DNA from: Octopus sinensis
Taxonomy: Eukaryota
Assembly: GCF_006345805.1 (NCBI RefSeq)
Contig: NW_021834644.1
Coordinates: 1 to 48,605, forward strand
Length of the DNA: 48,605 nt
Reading direction: 5' to 3'
In this document: positions 25,450 through 38,139 of the stretch, piece after piece
Position numbering within the stretch: position 1 is the stretch's first letter
Layout: each line of letters opens with the position of its first letter
Made by a program: the position numbers and the translations under genes
The notes under the pieces: generated by a model
What the model was told of the DNA's origin: nothing
Seen by the model: the letters and a program-made list of their open reading frames with translations, nothing else
Databases searched by the model: none

Positions 25450-26903
25450 GGATAGATGGATGGATGGATGGATGGATGGATGGATGGATGGATGGATGGA
25501 TGGATGGATGGATGGATGGATTGATGGATGGATGGATAAATGGATTGATGGATGGATGGATGGATGGATAAATGGATTGATGGATGGATGGATTGATGGA
25601 TGGATGGATGGATAAATGGATGGATGGATGGAGGGATAAATGGATTGATGGATGGATGGATGGATAAATGGATTGATGGATGGATAAATGGATGGATGGA
25701 TAGATAAATGGATTGATGGATGGATGGATGGATTGATGGATGGATGGATGGATAAATGGATTGATAGATGGATAAATGGATTGATGGATGGATGGATGGA
25801 TAAATGGATTGATGGATGGATGGATAAATGGATTGATGGATGGATGGATGGATAAATGGATTGATAGATGGATGAATGGATGGATAAATGGATTGATGGA
25901 TGGATGGATGGATGGATAAATGGATTGATGGATGGATGGATGGATGGATAAATGGATTGATGGATGGATGGATGGATGGATGAAAAGATTGATGGATGGA
26001 TAGATGGATAAATGGATTGATGGATGGATAAATGGATTGATGGATGGATGGATAAATGGATTGATGGATGGATGGATGGATAGATGGATGGATGGATGGA
26101 TAAATGGATTGATGGATGGATGGATGGATGGATAAATGGATTGATGGATGGATGGATAAAAAGATTGATGGATGGATGGATAGATGGATAAATGGATTGA
26201 TGGATGGATAAATGGATCGATGGATGGATGGATGGATGGATAAATGGATTGATGGATGGATGGATGGATGGATGGATAAATGGATTGATGGATGGATGGA
26301 TAAATGAATTGATGGATGGATGGATGGATAAATGGATTGATGGATGGATGGATAAATGGATGGATGGATGGATAAAAAGATTGATGGATGGATAGATGGA
26401 TAAATGGATTGATGGATGGATAAATGGATTGATGGATGGATGGATAAATGGATGGATGGATGGATAAATGGATTGATGGATGGATAAATGGATTGATAGA
26501 TGGATGAATTGATGGATAGATGGATTAATGGATGGATGGATAAATGGATTGATGGATGGATGGATGGATAAATGGATTGATGGATGGATGGATGGATGGA
26601 TAAATGGATTGATGGATAAATGGATTGATGGATGGATGGATTGATGGATAGATGAATGGATTGATGGATGGATGGATAAAAAGATTGATGGATGGATAGA
26701 TGGATAAATAGATTGATGGATGGATAAATGGATTGATGGATGGATGGATGGATAAATGGATTGATGGATGGATTGATGGATAAATGGATTGATGGATGGA
26801 TGGATAAATGGATTGATAGATGGATGAATGGATGGATAAATGGATTGATGGATGGATGGATAAATGGATTGATGGATGGATGGATTGATGGATGGATGGA
26901 TGA
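25381..26903. repeat. 1.5-kb (GATG)n-derived minisatellite, unit AAATGGATTG(ATGG)nAT
   Basis: Direct reading. It is the source of the spurious 633-aa HPSI ORF. Confidence 0.95.
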
Positions 26904-27688
26904 ATGTGTGTGTGTATGTATATATGTACGTATGTGTGTGTACGTAGGTGTGTGCATGTATGTACAGTTGGGAGTAAGATGCTTTTCCTCACTATTGTCG
27001 TATATGTGTATGTATGCAAGTAGGTGTACATGCATGTATGTATGTATGTATGTATGTATGTATGTATGTATGTATGTATGCAAGTAGGTGTACATGCATG
27101 TATGTATGTATGTATGCATGGATCGATGAATGGATGGATGGATAATGCATGTATGGATGGATGTATGCATTATGTATATGTATGTGTGTGCGCGTGTATG
27201 TATGTGTGTATATATGTACGTATGTGTATGTATATGTATTTTCTTCTTTTCTAGTTCCAGCTCGAGGGTTGCGGCCATACTGGATCACCGCCGTTGTATG
27301 TGTGTTTATGTGTATGTATGAGCGTGAATATGTGTATGGTGTCAGTATGTGTGTGTGTGTGTGTACGTGTGCGTGGAACCCTATTTGTTTTTTTTTTAAC
27401 TCTACAGGTAAAAGATTTGGCTTGAGGGAGTATTTCTAACTCCTAGTAAATAGATTTATGCTGTAATTAACCCAAAGTCAGAAATGTCTGAACAGACTCA
27501 TATTCAAAGACATTCCAGCAATGACCACGCCATTTTATTTATTTACTTATTTTCGCATACCTACATCTACATTATGTGTGGCCTTCCCTTCTTTAAGTGT
27601 TAACACATACAACGGCGGTGCCCCAGTATGGCAGCAGCCCTCGATCTGGAACTAGAAAAGAAAATTAAAAAATACATACAAATACGTC

Positions 27689-27853
27689 AGTGGCTGTGTG
27701 GTAAGTAGCTTGTTTACCAACCACATGGTTCCGGGTTCAGTCCCACTGCGTGGCACCTTGGACAAGTGTCTTCTACTATAGCCTCGGGCCGACCAAAACC
27801 TTGTGAGTGGATTTGGTAGACGGAAACTGAAAGAAGCCCGTCGTATATATGTA

Positions 27854-27891
<38 letters not shown>

Positions 27892-28119
27892 TGTGTGTGT
27901 TTGTGTGTCTGTGTGTGTCTCCCTAGCATTGTTTGACAACCGATGCTGGTGTGTTTATGTCCCCGTTACTTAGCGGTTCGGCAAAAAGAGACCGATAGAA
28001 TAAATACCGGGCTTACAAAAGAATAAGTCCCGGGGTCGAGTTGCTCGATTAAAGGCGGTGCTCCAGCATGGCCGCAGTCAAATGACTGAAACAAGTAAAA
28101 GAGTAAAAGAGTAAAAGAG
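27689..28119 (+). mobile_element. SINE family B, near full length
   Basis: AGTGGCTGTGTGGTAAGTAGC ... (TA)n(TG)n ... GGCGGTGCTCCAGCATGGCCGCAGTC ... (AGTAAAAG)n tail. Confidence 0.92.
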
Positions 28120-28399
28120 ATACATGTATACATACACACAAACATGCATACACACACCTACACATACTCGTACATACACACAGACAGGCAGCGTAACTGA
28201 AATTCGGTTGGTATTTCAAGAATTTTAGTTTTAAAAGACATGGTTGTATGGTGAGAAGTTTACTTCCCAACCACGTGGTTTCAGGTTCAATCTCACAGCA
28301 CCTTGGGTAAGTATCTTCTATGTTACTATAACCCCGAGCCAATGAAACTCTCGTGAGTGGATTTGGTAAACAAAATCTGAAAGAAGCAGTCGTGTATAT

Positions 28400-28450
<51 letters not shown>

Positions 28451-28451
28451 G

Positions 28452-28490
<39 letters not shown>

Positions 28491-28528
28491 TGTGTGCTCG
28501 TATCTGTAGTTGTATGTGTCTTCACCAT

Positions 28529-28850
28529 TGTGAAGGCGCGTGGCTTAATGGTTAGGGTATTCGGCTCACGATCGCAAGGTCGTGAGTTCAATTCCCGGCG
28601 ACGCGTTGTGTCCTTGAGCAAGACCCTTTATTCCACGTTGCTCCAGTCCACTCAGCTGGCAAAAATGAGTAGTACCTGTATTTCAAAGGGCCGGCCTTGT
28701 CACATCACACACTGTGTCATGCTGAATCTCCCAGAGAACTACGTTAGGGGTACACGAGTCTGTGGATTGCTCAGTCACATGCATGTTAATTTTACGAGCA
28801 AGCTGTTCCGTTGATCGGGATCAGCTGGGACCCTCAACCGACGGAGTGCT
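28529..28850 (+). mobile_element. SINE family D, full length
   Basis: A-box TGGCTTAATGGTTAGG, B-box GAGTTCAATTCCC, CORE-like TTGTGTCCTTGAGCAAGAC. Confidence 0.88.
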
Positions 28851-28994
28851 CCTTCACCACCGCTGGACAGTTGGTGTTGGTTTGTTTATGTTCCCGAAAC
28901 TTGGCAGCAAATACTGAATGATATAACCAGAAATTAAAAATAGGTACTGGGTTCGATGCGTTCGACTAAAACCCCTCGAGGAGATATCCTGGCA

Positions 28995-29541
28995 GCGAAA
29001 TTTTTTCCCACGAGAGTTCTGGACTCCATTAATGAACTCATTTGCATACAGCCAATCAGAACTCACCCTGACCTTTTTGCCAAGTTAACAAACACTCTCT
29101 ACCAAGCAAACTCATGACGAAGAACGGTATTGTAAGTTGACCGATCACCAAGTTATGCCTGGTTTTAAAAGGGGACAAGTTATTAGATAGATTTGCATCT
29201 ATACCTATTATCGAATTTTGTTAGGGCCCCATATGGTAAAGGTGTGGATGGGAAAAATGTGGGTAGAGGGTGATGTGCCAGCAACCCTCTCCATTTACTG
29301 TTTTACAAAGTAAACAACAACATAAATAACTACGCAGAGGCAGCCATGGTTGAAACAAGAACAAGAACAACAAGCATTCTTAAAAGAGAAAAGAAGCATG
29401 GTCATTCCTTAACCAAGTGACCTTATCTGATCACCCATCACTTATGCGCTCATAAATTAGTTTGATAATTTGATCTCTGATTGACTGTATACAAATGAGT
29501 TCATAACTGGGGTCGGGAACTCTCGTGGGAAAAATTTTCGT
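28995..29541. mobile_element. Mutator-like MITE, ~65-bp TIRs, inserted in a SINE tail
   Basis: TIRs 28995-29060 and 29476-29541 (CGAAA.TTTTTCCCACGAGAGTTC...GAACTCATTTG.ATACAG.CAATCAGA). Imperfect 9-bp TSD ATCCTGGCA / GTCCCGGCA. Confidence 0.7.
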
Positions 29542-29669
29542 GTCCCGGCATGACTGCAGTCCAATGACTGAAAAGAGTCCAAGCTAAAAGAAGGATAAGT
29601 TTCGATAATCTGCTTTTTACATGGCCGCGAGCAAAAAATACATTATTCTTTGGAAACATATATTAATAA

Positions 29670-30059
29670 CTAGCAGTATCGCCCGGCGTTGCTCGGGTTT
29701 GTAAGGGAAATAACTATACAGCATTTTTAGAGAGTTATAGCCAAAAGATAGCAAAAAAATGCATTAAAAATGGAAAAAAATTATGGTAAATTTTTTTTTA
29801 AATCGTTGACTCATCGTAGACATTTTTAGAGAGTTACTTCCCTTTAAAAAAATATGCATGAAAATGGAAAAAAATGATGGTAAATTATTTTTAAAATCGT
29901 AGACTCATCGACGCGCGCTTATACCCAGAAGGGCTCGATATGAATCACGACTATAAGATACCCGGTTTGGGTTACACTGCACCGCAAAATGTGGGAGTAG
30001 TTAGGAATCTAAATCGAAGGGGACAGACACTCACACAACTACAGTTTTATATATAAAGA
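29670..30059 (-). mobile_element. Non-autonomous Helitron
   Basis: Minus strand: 5' A|TC (30059), 3' hairpin CCCGAGCAACGCCGGG (29682-29697), CTAG|T end; no TSD. Confidence 0.85.
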
Positions 30060-30910
30060 TTTTCGTAATATAGCCCATTCTAAATTCTTTGTCAATCCTA
30101 CCTACAGCTACCATCAAACTGACATGGAGTAAGTTTAACGTTTGTGTTCGGTCATTTATATATGAAAGAGACAATGCAGTTGAATGGCGTCGACCATAAA
30201 GCTTGATTTGCGATGAAGTAAGACAATGATAAAGTATATATTAAAGCTGTAAAAAAAAGAAAGAAGGAATCATTGAAACACAAACATGACAGAATGTGTT
30301 TATAAAATGCCAGTAAAACGATATATTAATGGAGAGTAGCAGAAATTGAACAAAGCATAGTGGAATGTTTTTGTCAACTAATAAGTAACTTTATTTCCTA
30401 GCAATAAAAATAGACGTTGTTGTTTAGGTTACGACATAATACTCCACACACATATACACATATTCATGCATATTTACACATACATATACATACACACGCA
30501 CACACACATACATACACAGAATGGTGGAAGCCATAGCCACTCCTAATAAGAAGGTGTACTGGTGGAATGTCCCAGTGAAAACCTCAATAAATAAAAACAC
30601 AACAGACCTAATATAATGATTTTGGGATATAGAGCTATACTTAATTCTAATGAAAAAAAAAATTATACACACTGTAGGATTTATAAAAAATACATCAGAA
30701 CATGGGTTAATATTGGTTTCATATTTTGGTACAAGGCAAGGAATTTCGTGAGAGCAGTAAGTCGATTACATCGACCCCAGTATTCAACTAGTACTTATTT
30801 TATCGCCCCCCAAAATGGACGAAAGGCAAAGTAGACCTCTACGGAATTTGGATCCAGAACGTAAAGACGGGTGAAATGCCGCTTAGTATTTTGCCCAGCG
30901 TGTTAATGTT

Positions 30911-31320
30911 TCTTATTTCTTTACTGCCCACAAGGGGCTACACATAGAGGGACAAACAAGGACAGACAAACGGATTAAGTCGATTATATCGACCCCAGTG
31001 CGTAACTGGTTCTTATTTATTCAAAGGATGAAAGGCAAAGTCGACCTCGGCGGAATTTGAACTCGGAACGTAACGGCAGACGAAATACCTATTTCTTTAT
31101 TACCCACAAGGGGCTAAACACAGAGGGGACAAACAAGGACAGACATAGGTATTAAGTCGATTACATCGACCCCAGTGCGTAACTGGTACTTAATTTATCG
31201 ACCCCGAAAGGATGAAAGGCAAAGTCGACCTCGGCGGAATTTGAACTCACAACATAACGGCAGACGAAATACCGCAAAGCATTTCGCCCGGCGTGCTAAC
31301 ATTTCTGCCAGCTCGCCGCC
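30911..31320 (-). mobile_element. SINE family A dimer, adjoining an older related SINE (~30735-30905)
   Basis: One head plus two units; the junction GACGAAATAC|CTATTTC is the reverse complement of the junctions in the 2302-3267 array. Confidence 0.88.
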
Positions 31321-31731
31321 TATAAAAGGGGAAAACTTGGGCACCAAACAATTGAATTGAAGTTAACGGATTTTATAGTTTTGATACTTTTTAAAGATGT
31401 TTTTAGATGGATTTAGAGCAAAAAATATTTTTTTTATCTATAGTAAAAATTAACTTTAACGGTTTATTGGTAACTTCCGTTACATTAGGAAATAATTAAC
31501 TGATTAACGGTTATCGAAGTTATAATGGAACTAGAAGGTTCCTGATACCTGTCGAGTATCTCTTTCTCCCATTACAATTATTTTTCGTAGTCTTGGGATT
31601 CTGGTACTCAAAGAAGAGACTTAAAGGCGGATGCAATTCAATGGTTGTTTATTTAGTTCTCATTTCATGGGGGCTTGCTCCCGGCAACCATCTGTATGTC
31701 AGCGCGTAGTCCGTTAGCTCCGTTCACGAGA

Positions 31732-32418
31732 GTTACATTACCTCTGGAGATAACGGGTCAAGTTAGAGCGGGTTAAGAATCCGCTGTGAGCTGCTAGGTT
31801 GCAGCGTTGTTCAACGTGAACGCCAACGCGAGAAAAGAGAACGGGTTTCTCAATACACTTCCTTAATAAATGTTGCCCACGAGAGCCTCGCTGTGGTCTC
31901 GTGCATGGCAAAATATGGTTGTAGGCGAGATCTCGCTCTTGTCTTGGACATGGCAATGGCCGCTGACGAGATCTCATACAAGATGGCTCTGGCTTCTTGT
32001 ATCACGCTACAGGGGTTGACGTTAGGACGAATGGTGACAACAGAGATGGAGGTCCTCGACTACTGCTGGACGAAGTTGATGAGTCTCCATGTGGCTGTTA
32101 TTGTGTTGTAGCTGGAACTGGCTGTGTCCTATGTGGTCAGTGGCTAGATCTTAAAAGGTCTGGAACCGAAAGACCTCGACTCGATGTGAAGCTAGAGTTT
32201 TATAGGGTGCAGTCGGCTCAAACTGAGGTTTAGAAGAGACTGTCTCACGTGACATTATTTGAAGGCTGCGACTGGTTGGGTTGCATATTGGCGCGCGGTA
32301 GAGCAAAAGACAAATTGCGCCAATACCAACCAATCAGAGTAGTGGACACAAAAGGGTCCAAAAGTGCGGGCGAAGGATAGCTGTTATCTACTACGTCCGT
32401 ATTTATGTACGTATAACA
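31732..32418 (-). mobile_element. Probable solo LTR (Gypsy-like)
   Basis: GC-richer 687-bp block with termini (T)GTTA...TAACA (left T missing), GAGA on both sides (4-bp TSD) and CTATAAAA on the minus strand. It splits a TTAACGG-motif-rich repeat (~31335-32525). Confidence 0.6.
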
Positions 32419-32556
32419 GAGATCGAGGAAATTCCCTCAAGCTTACGCTACAAAGTTAACTTTTTGGTTAACGGATTAACGGTTAACGAAGTTAACTTTT
32501 CGATTAACGGGACCGGGCCCCCTTTGATAAGTGGCTAATATTAAACTGGATATGCA

Positions 32557-32780
32557 AGGTGGTGAGCTGACAGAATGCACGCTGGGTAGGCTGCACGTTG
32601 GGCAGGATGCTTAGCGGCATTTTATCCATCTCTACGTTCTGAGTACAAGTTCCGTAGAGATCTACTTTGCCTTTCATCTCTTTTAGGGGTGATAAAATAA
32701 GTACTAATGGAGCACTGGGGTCGATGTAATCGACTTATACCCCTCCCCGAAATTGCTGGCCTCGTATCAAAATTTGAAAC
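32557..32780 (+). mobile_element. Older SINE of family A type
   Basis: GGTGGTGAGCTGACAGAAT...GCCTTTCATC...CACTGGGGTCGATGTAATCGACT...GAAATTGCTGGCC. Confidence 0.75.
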
Positions 32781-33386
32781 TAATATTGAACTGAGCATGA
32801 AGGTTGAGCACAGTGACAATATCCGGCATATTTCGGTGTTACAAGACTTACTCAACGAGCCATAATCTTTCCTACACATCAGATATTCTTGTGTCCTCTG
32901 TGGGCCATTGATTCTTAGATCTATATATCGGTTGAACATTCCCAATTTTATAGGTCCTATCTTCAAGACTTCTCAAAACTAGTACTTGTTCTATCGGTCT
33001 CTTTTGCCGAACCGCTAAGTTACGGGGACGTAAACACACTATCATCGGTAAATTATATTTTTTGTTCTTGTCCTACTGTTCAAAGTACAAGGAAATTTTT
33101 ATCAATATAAGGTGAGTGGAGAGAAATATTTTTAAAATAAAAATATGTCAAATCAAAGTCAACAATCGTTTTAAGTGACCAATTAGAGCAAATTATATAA
33201 ATAGTAAACTGAAAGTGAGGCTACGTCATGAAAAAAGAAAACATCTGTCGATGTTGTTTAAATAACAAATACATTATTGACGGAAGTGTTGCCTAGAAAC
33301 GAAATTGAAGATTCAAACAATAAAACAATGACGCACATACACACACTCACAACACACATGTACAAACTTAATAGCTAGATATAAGT

Positions 33387-33432
<46 letters not shown>

Positions 33433-33896
33433 TAGAAATGAGTGTGTGTGTTTTGTGTGTTTTGGGGGGTGCATATATGTTTGTGTGAAGGCGCGTGACT
33501 TAATGGTTAGAGGTATTGCATTCACGATGTCACTATCGTGTTTTCGATTCTCAGACTGGTTGTTGCGCATTGTGTTTCTTGAGGCAGACACTCCATTTCA
33601 CGTTGCTCCACTCCACTCAGTTGTAATTGGAGAACTCTGCGACGGACTAACTTTCCGATCGGGAGAAATGTTGGTCTGCTCTTCCAGTCAGTGGGGTGGC
33701 ATCATTCGAAAGATAGAACGTTGCGAATTGCACTGTGACCAGCGATGTATAACACATCTGATAGACTGGATATATATAATATACACATGCATACATACAA
33801 ATATATAAATAATATATACATGCATAAATACATACATGCATGCATACATTATATAAATATATATATATACATATATATAAATAAATAAATATATAA

Positions 33897-33952
<56 letters not shown>

Positions 33953-33984
33953 TTATATACACACACACACATTAAAAAATAAAT

Positions 33985-34240
33985 AAATGCACCCTTTCAA
34001 AGCCTAGCCAGGCTCATGGGCCTGGTTTCCCCGGTTGCAATGGCGTATGTGTTCCCCAAGCTGGACGGGACGCCAGTCCATCGCAGCATTACTCTCATTT
34101 TTGCCAGCTGAGTGGACTGGATCAACGTGAAATGAAGTGTTTTGCTCAAGAACACAACGCGTCGCCCGGTCCATGAATCGAAACCACAATCTTACGATCA
34201 TAGTGCTGACACCCTAACCACTAAGCCACGCGCCTCCACA
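33985..34240 (-). mobile_element. tRNA/CORE-like SINE (family C-type tail); related decayed copy at ~33484-33670 (plus)
   Basis: TGTGGAGGCGCGTGGCTTAGTGGTTAGG...TTCTTGAGCAAAACAC...GCGATGGACTGGCGTCCCGTCCAG. Confidence 0.85.
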
Positions 34241-34277
34241 TATATATATATATATATATACGTACATACATAATATG

Positions 34278-34429
34278 TGACCGCGTGTGTAACATTGGCG
34301 ATTTCTTCTTCCGTCTTCCCTTCCTTGGACCTTTCCTTTTCTATGTTTCTGCCGAAGAGCTCCACTCGAAACGTTGAATCGAAACGTTAAATCCTCCTTC
34401 TTTCTTTCCTTTCCTGAGCGTCCAATAAC

Positions 34430-34430
<1 letters not shown>
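34278..34430 (+). mobile_element. Short microsatellite-flanked pyrimidine-rich element with degenerate HHR-like motif (~34345-34393)
   Basis: TTT-CTGCCGA-A-GAG.CTCCA.CTC-GAAA-CG-TT. The core has A6>C and GAAACGTT is locally duplicated. Confidence 0.4.
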
Positions 34431-34472
<42 letters not shown>

Positions 34473-34501
34473 ATATATATATTATCTATATATATATATG
34501 T

Positions 34502-34541
<40 letters not shown>

Positions 34542-34567
34542 TGTACGTATGTATGTATGTATGTATG

Positions 34568-34613
<46 letters not shown>

Positions 34614-34695
34614 TATATATATATATATATATAATATATATTATATATACATACATACATACATACATACATACAACATACATATATTATATATA

Positions 34696-35085
34696 CTAGC
34701 AGTATCGCCGGCGTTGCTCGGGTTGTAAGGGAATAACTATATAAGCATTTTTAGAGAGTTATAGCCAAAAAATAGCAAAAAAATGCATTAAAAATTGAAA
34801 AAAAATTAAGTTAATTTTTTTTTTAAATCGTTGACACATCGTAGATATTTTTAGAGAGTTACTTCCCTTATATAAAAGCGAAAAAATGCATTAAAATGGA
34901 AAATATGATGGGTAAATTTTTTTTAAATCGTAGACTCATCGTAGACGCGCGCTAATACCCAGAAGGGCTCGATATGAATCATGACTATAAGATACCCGCT
35001 TTTGGTTACTGCCCCGCAAAATGTTGGGAGTAGTTAGGAATCTAAATCGTAGGAGACAGACACACAACTTCACTCTTATATAAGA
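34696..35085 (-). mobile_element. Non-autonomous Helitron, same family as 29670-30059
   Basis: CTAG end, CCGGCGTTGCTCGG hairpin and A|TC start; collinear with the first copy. Confidence 0.85.
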
Positions 35086-35410
35086 TGCTTTTTTTTCAGT
35101 CATAGAGTTAGATTTATGAAGGTCTTCAGTAGAAAATCCTTCGAATTCTGACTCGCTGCTTGATATAATGAATTCGTATCCATTTTTTGTCAGAATTACA
35201 AATTTTGAAAACACAATAGGAACAAATTTCGGAAAAAAAATCTCCCATAATTCACGGAATTAAATTACATTCGATTTTTGTACAAAACTGTATTTGAAGT
35301 GTTTACGAAGTATAATACGTGTTTTCACGAATGTACTAAAGAGATTTACTCTGATATTCTCATTAAATATGAATAGGTAAATTCGGGCGGTTTGGTGACG
35401 AAAGGGTTAA
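35086..35410 (-). mobile_element. piggyBac-like left end with acidic N-terminal remnant
   Basis: Minus strand begins TTAA|CCCTTTCGTCACC; downstream translation is SSSESEFEGFSTED. Confidence 0.5.
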
Positions 35411-36265
35411 ACGGATGCATACATTATTAATAACTATATAAGTGTCGTCTGTTTTATACATAACACTGTTTCATATTTCAGTCAGTCTTCCTCAAATCAT
35501 TCTGTCGCTATTTACTCTCTTCCAAGAACATTTTCACTCACTCTTATCTCTTAGCTTGCCATACATTTTACTCATGTATCTATCAGCGTGATAGACAGAA
35601 ACAAACATTACATCGCCATCGCATTCTATTGTCTACCTGTCAACACACAGACAGTGAATTAGTTTCACTTTATCGTTGCACACTGTGTGTGTGCGTTTGC
35701 GTGTGCTGTAAAACCAGACTAAGAAAGCATTTGACATACCACCAGAATGTGAGTTTTCTGTAAATTTTGCTTAATTGAGTTTAAATTTTAAAACTGGACC
35801 TGGCATGATCCGATGCATTCTACTCTTAAAAATGCTAGGTAAATTGTAATTGAAGAAATCCTATATTGTAGATTTCTATAAGTGACAAAGGGAGCAGATA
35901 AAAATCTGCCTTTTATAATAAGATATATATATTATATCCTATATATATATAATCCATATATATATACATACGATGTGGTATCAAAAAGTTCCCAGACTGG
36001 TTCTGTAGCGCGCCAACAGATGGCAGAACACGGTGGTGTGTGCAGTGAGAATTACCAGTGACCTTCATGGAGCAGTGTACCGAGTGACATCGCAGTATTT
36101 ACTTCGCAAATTGTGAAATTTGTGTCTTTGTGATTACGTGTATGTAGTAGTTTGAAATTTTTGTCATAGACAGGAACAAAGAGCTAACGTGAATTTATGC
36201 GTCAAACTTGGGAAGTCTGCTACAGAGACATTGAGCATGCTTTGGCAAGATTATGGAGACGAGGC

Positions 36266-36547
36266 TGTGGTATCCTCCTCCTCCTCCAATGGTGTGGTAC
36301 CGCCGCGATATTGTGATATGTGGTTTAGATACACTGTACCAGTGTTGTAACAGTAAACAAAATAACGACGCAGCCGTAATAAGAACCAACAATCAATATT
36401 CCAAACAAATTAACCAAGCGACACCTTCCGACTTCACTGGAAACTCAACTCGACCTAACACACAAATTTCTCTCCGACCGCTACTATTTATAATCGCTGG
36501 CGCCAGTCTATTTCTCGCAAGAGGGCGTCCTGACTCTCATCACAACA
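36266..36547 (-). mobile_element. Solo LTR (282 bp) inserted in the mariner ORF
   Basis: TGT...ACA termini and exact 5-bp TSD GAGGC (36261-36265, 36548-36552). Removing it restores GAC GAG GCA ATG GGT CGT (DEAMGR). TATAAATA on the minus strand. Confidence 0.85.
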
Positions 36548-37190
36548 GAGGCAATGGGTCGTACACAATGTTTCGAGTGGCATGTGGGCGCTCTAAAAAC
36601 GTAAGAACGTCCTTGGAAAACGTTGAGTGATCTGGAAGACCTTCCACGGGTGTCACCCCTGGAAATGTGGGAAAATTCATCAACTTGTACATGAGGATCG
36701 TCGGAGGATAATAAACGACATTGTTGATGTTGTTGGTCGGTCGTATGTGTCTGTGCAGGCAATCCTAACGTCTGAATTGAACATGCGGCGTATCTGCTGA
36801 GTTTGTCTCCCTGCTGACCATTGAGTAGAAAGAACATCGCGTCGAAGTCTGTCGAGATCTTCGTCATCGTGATACTCATTCTTCATGTCGAGTATCATCA
36901 CCGGGGTGACGAGATTTGGGTCTACGGGTACGACCCTGAGACGAAGCAGCAGTCAATTACAATGGAAGAGCTCTTCAGCTCCACGACCAGAGAAGGTACG
37001 ACAAAGCCGCAGCTCAGTCAAGATCATGCTCATCGGTTTTTCGACATCCGCGGTATTGTGCATCGAGAATTCGTCCCCCAAGGTCAGACAGAGGGAAGTC
37101 GTTTGGCGAAAGCGATCGGATCTGCGGAGCGCGAAGAATTGCATTCTTCACGGTGACAATGCATCTTGTCACGGAGCTCTCCCTACTATC

Positions 37191-37415
37191 TCTCTTTACT
37201 CTTTTACTTGTTTCAGTCATGTGACTGTAGCACCACCTTTAGTCGAGCAAATTGACCCCAGGACTTATTCTTTGGAAGCCTAGTACTTGTTCTATCGGTC
37301 TCTTTTGCCGAACCGCTAAGTTACGGGGACGTAAACACACTATCATCGGTGGTCTGGCGATGTTGGGGGACAAACACAAACACACAAACACATAAGCACA
37401 CAAAATAAATAAATA

Positions 37416-37457
<42 letters not shown>

Positions 37458-37627
37458 CATATATATATACAACGGGCTTCTTCAGTTTCCGTCTACCAAA
37501 TCCACTCACAATGCTTTGGTTGGCTTGAGGCTATAGTAGAAAACACTTGCCCAAGGTGCCACGCAGTGGGACTGAACCTGGAACCATGTGATTGGTAAGC
37601 AAGCTACTTACCACACAGCCACTCCTA
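37191..37627 (-). mobile_element. SINE family B nested in the mariner
   Basis: Full tail-to-head match; splits the transposase between HGDNA..H and FLAKNN. Confidence 0.9.
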
Positions 37628-37975
37628 CTTTTTCTCGCCAAAAACAACATGGTATCGCTTCCGCACATGCACTGTACGTCAGATTTAGCACCAGTGGACT
37701 TCCATCTCTTCCCCAAGATGAAAATACAGCTCAAAGGTCGCCGTTTTAACACCGTTGTCGAGAACCAGAGCGAACTGCACAAGGTCTTCCACTCGCTTAG
37801 GGAAAACGACTTCCAGCCGGATTCCAAAAGTGGCAAGAACGCAGAGACTATTTAAGGTGACTATTTTAAGGGAGATGATGCTAATCTTAGGTAAATAAGT
37901 TATTTTTTATTAAACATAACTAGTCCGGGAACTTTTGATGCCACCTCATATATATATATATAATTATATATAATA

Positions 37976-38022
<47 letters not shown>

Positions 38023-38025
38023 TAT

Positions 38026-38066
<41 letters not shown>

Positions 38067-38072
38067 AGAGAT

Positions 38073-38127
<55 letters not shown>

Positions 38128-38139
38128 TAGATAGATATA

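Larger units (their letters stand above)
35971..37948 (+). mobile_element. mariner (DD34D-type) element with both TIRs, decayed, two nested insertions
   Basis: TIRs CGATGTGGTATCAAAAAGTTCCCAGACT / AGTCCGGGAACTTTTGATGCCACCTCA with TA flanks. Motifs EQRANV..VKLGKSATET; GRTQCFEWH; ITG(D)EIWVYGYDPETKQQS; HGDNASCH; SDLAPVDFHLFPKMK..LKGRRF. Confidence 0.92.

Noticed and set aside
25377-27278. 633-aa ORF, the longest in the track
   Set aside because: It is the translation of a (CATC)n-based satellite (HPSI repeats), with no sign of a real protein.
31960-31975. CTGACGA core inside the solo LTR (and similar isolated CTGANGA hits at 21602, 23237, 35126, 38323)
   Set aside because: No downstream stem II-GAAA-stem III-UH arrangement; these are chance 7-mers.
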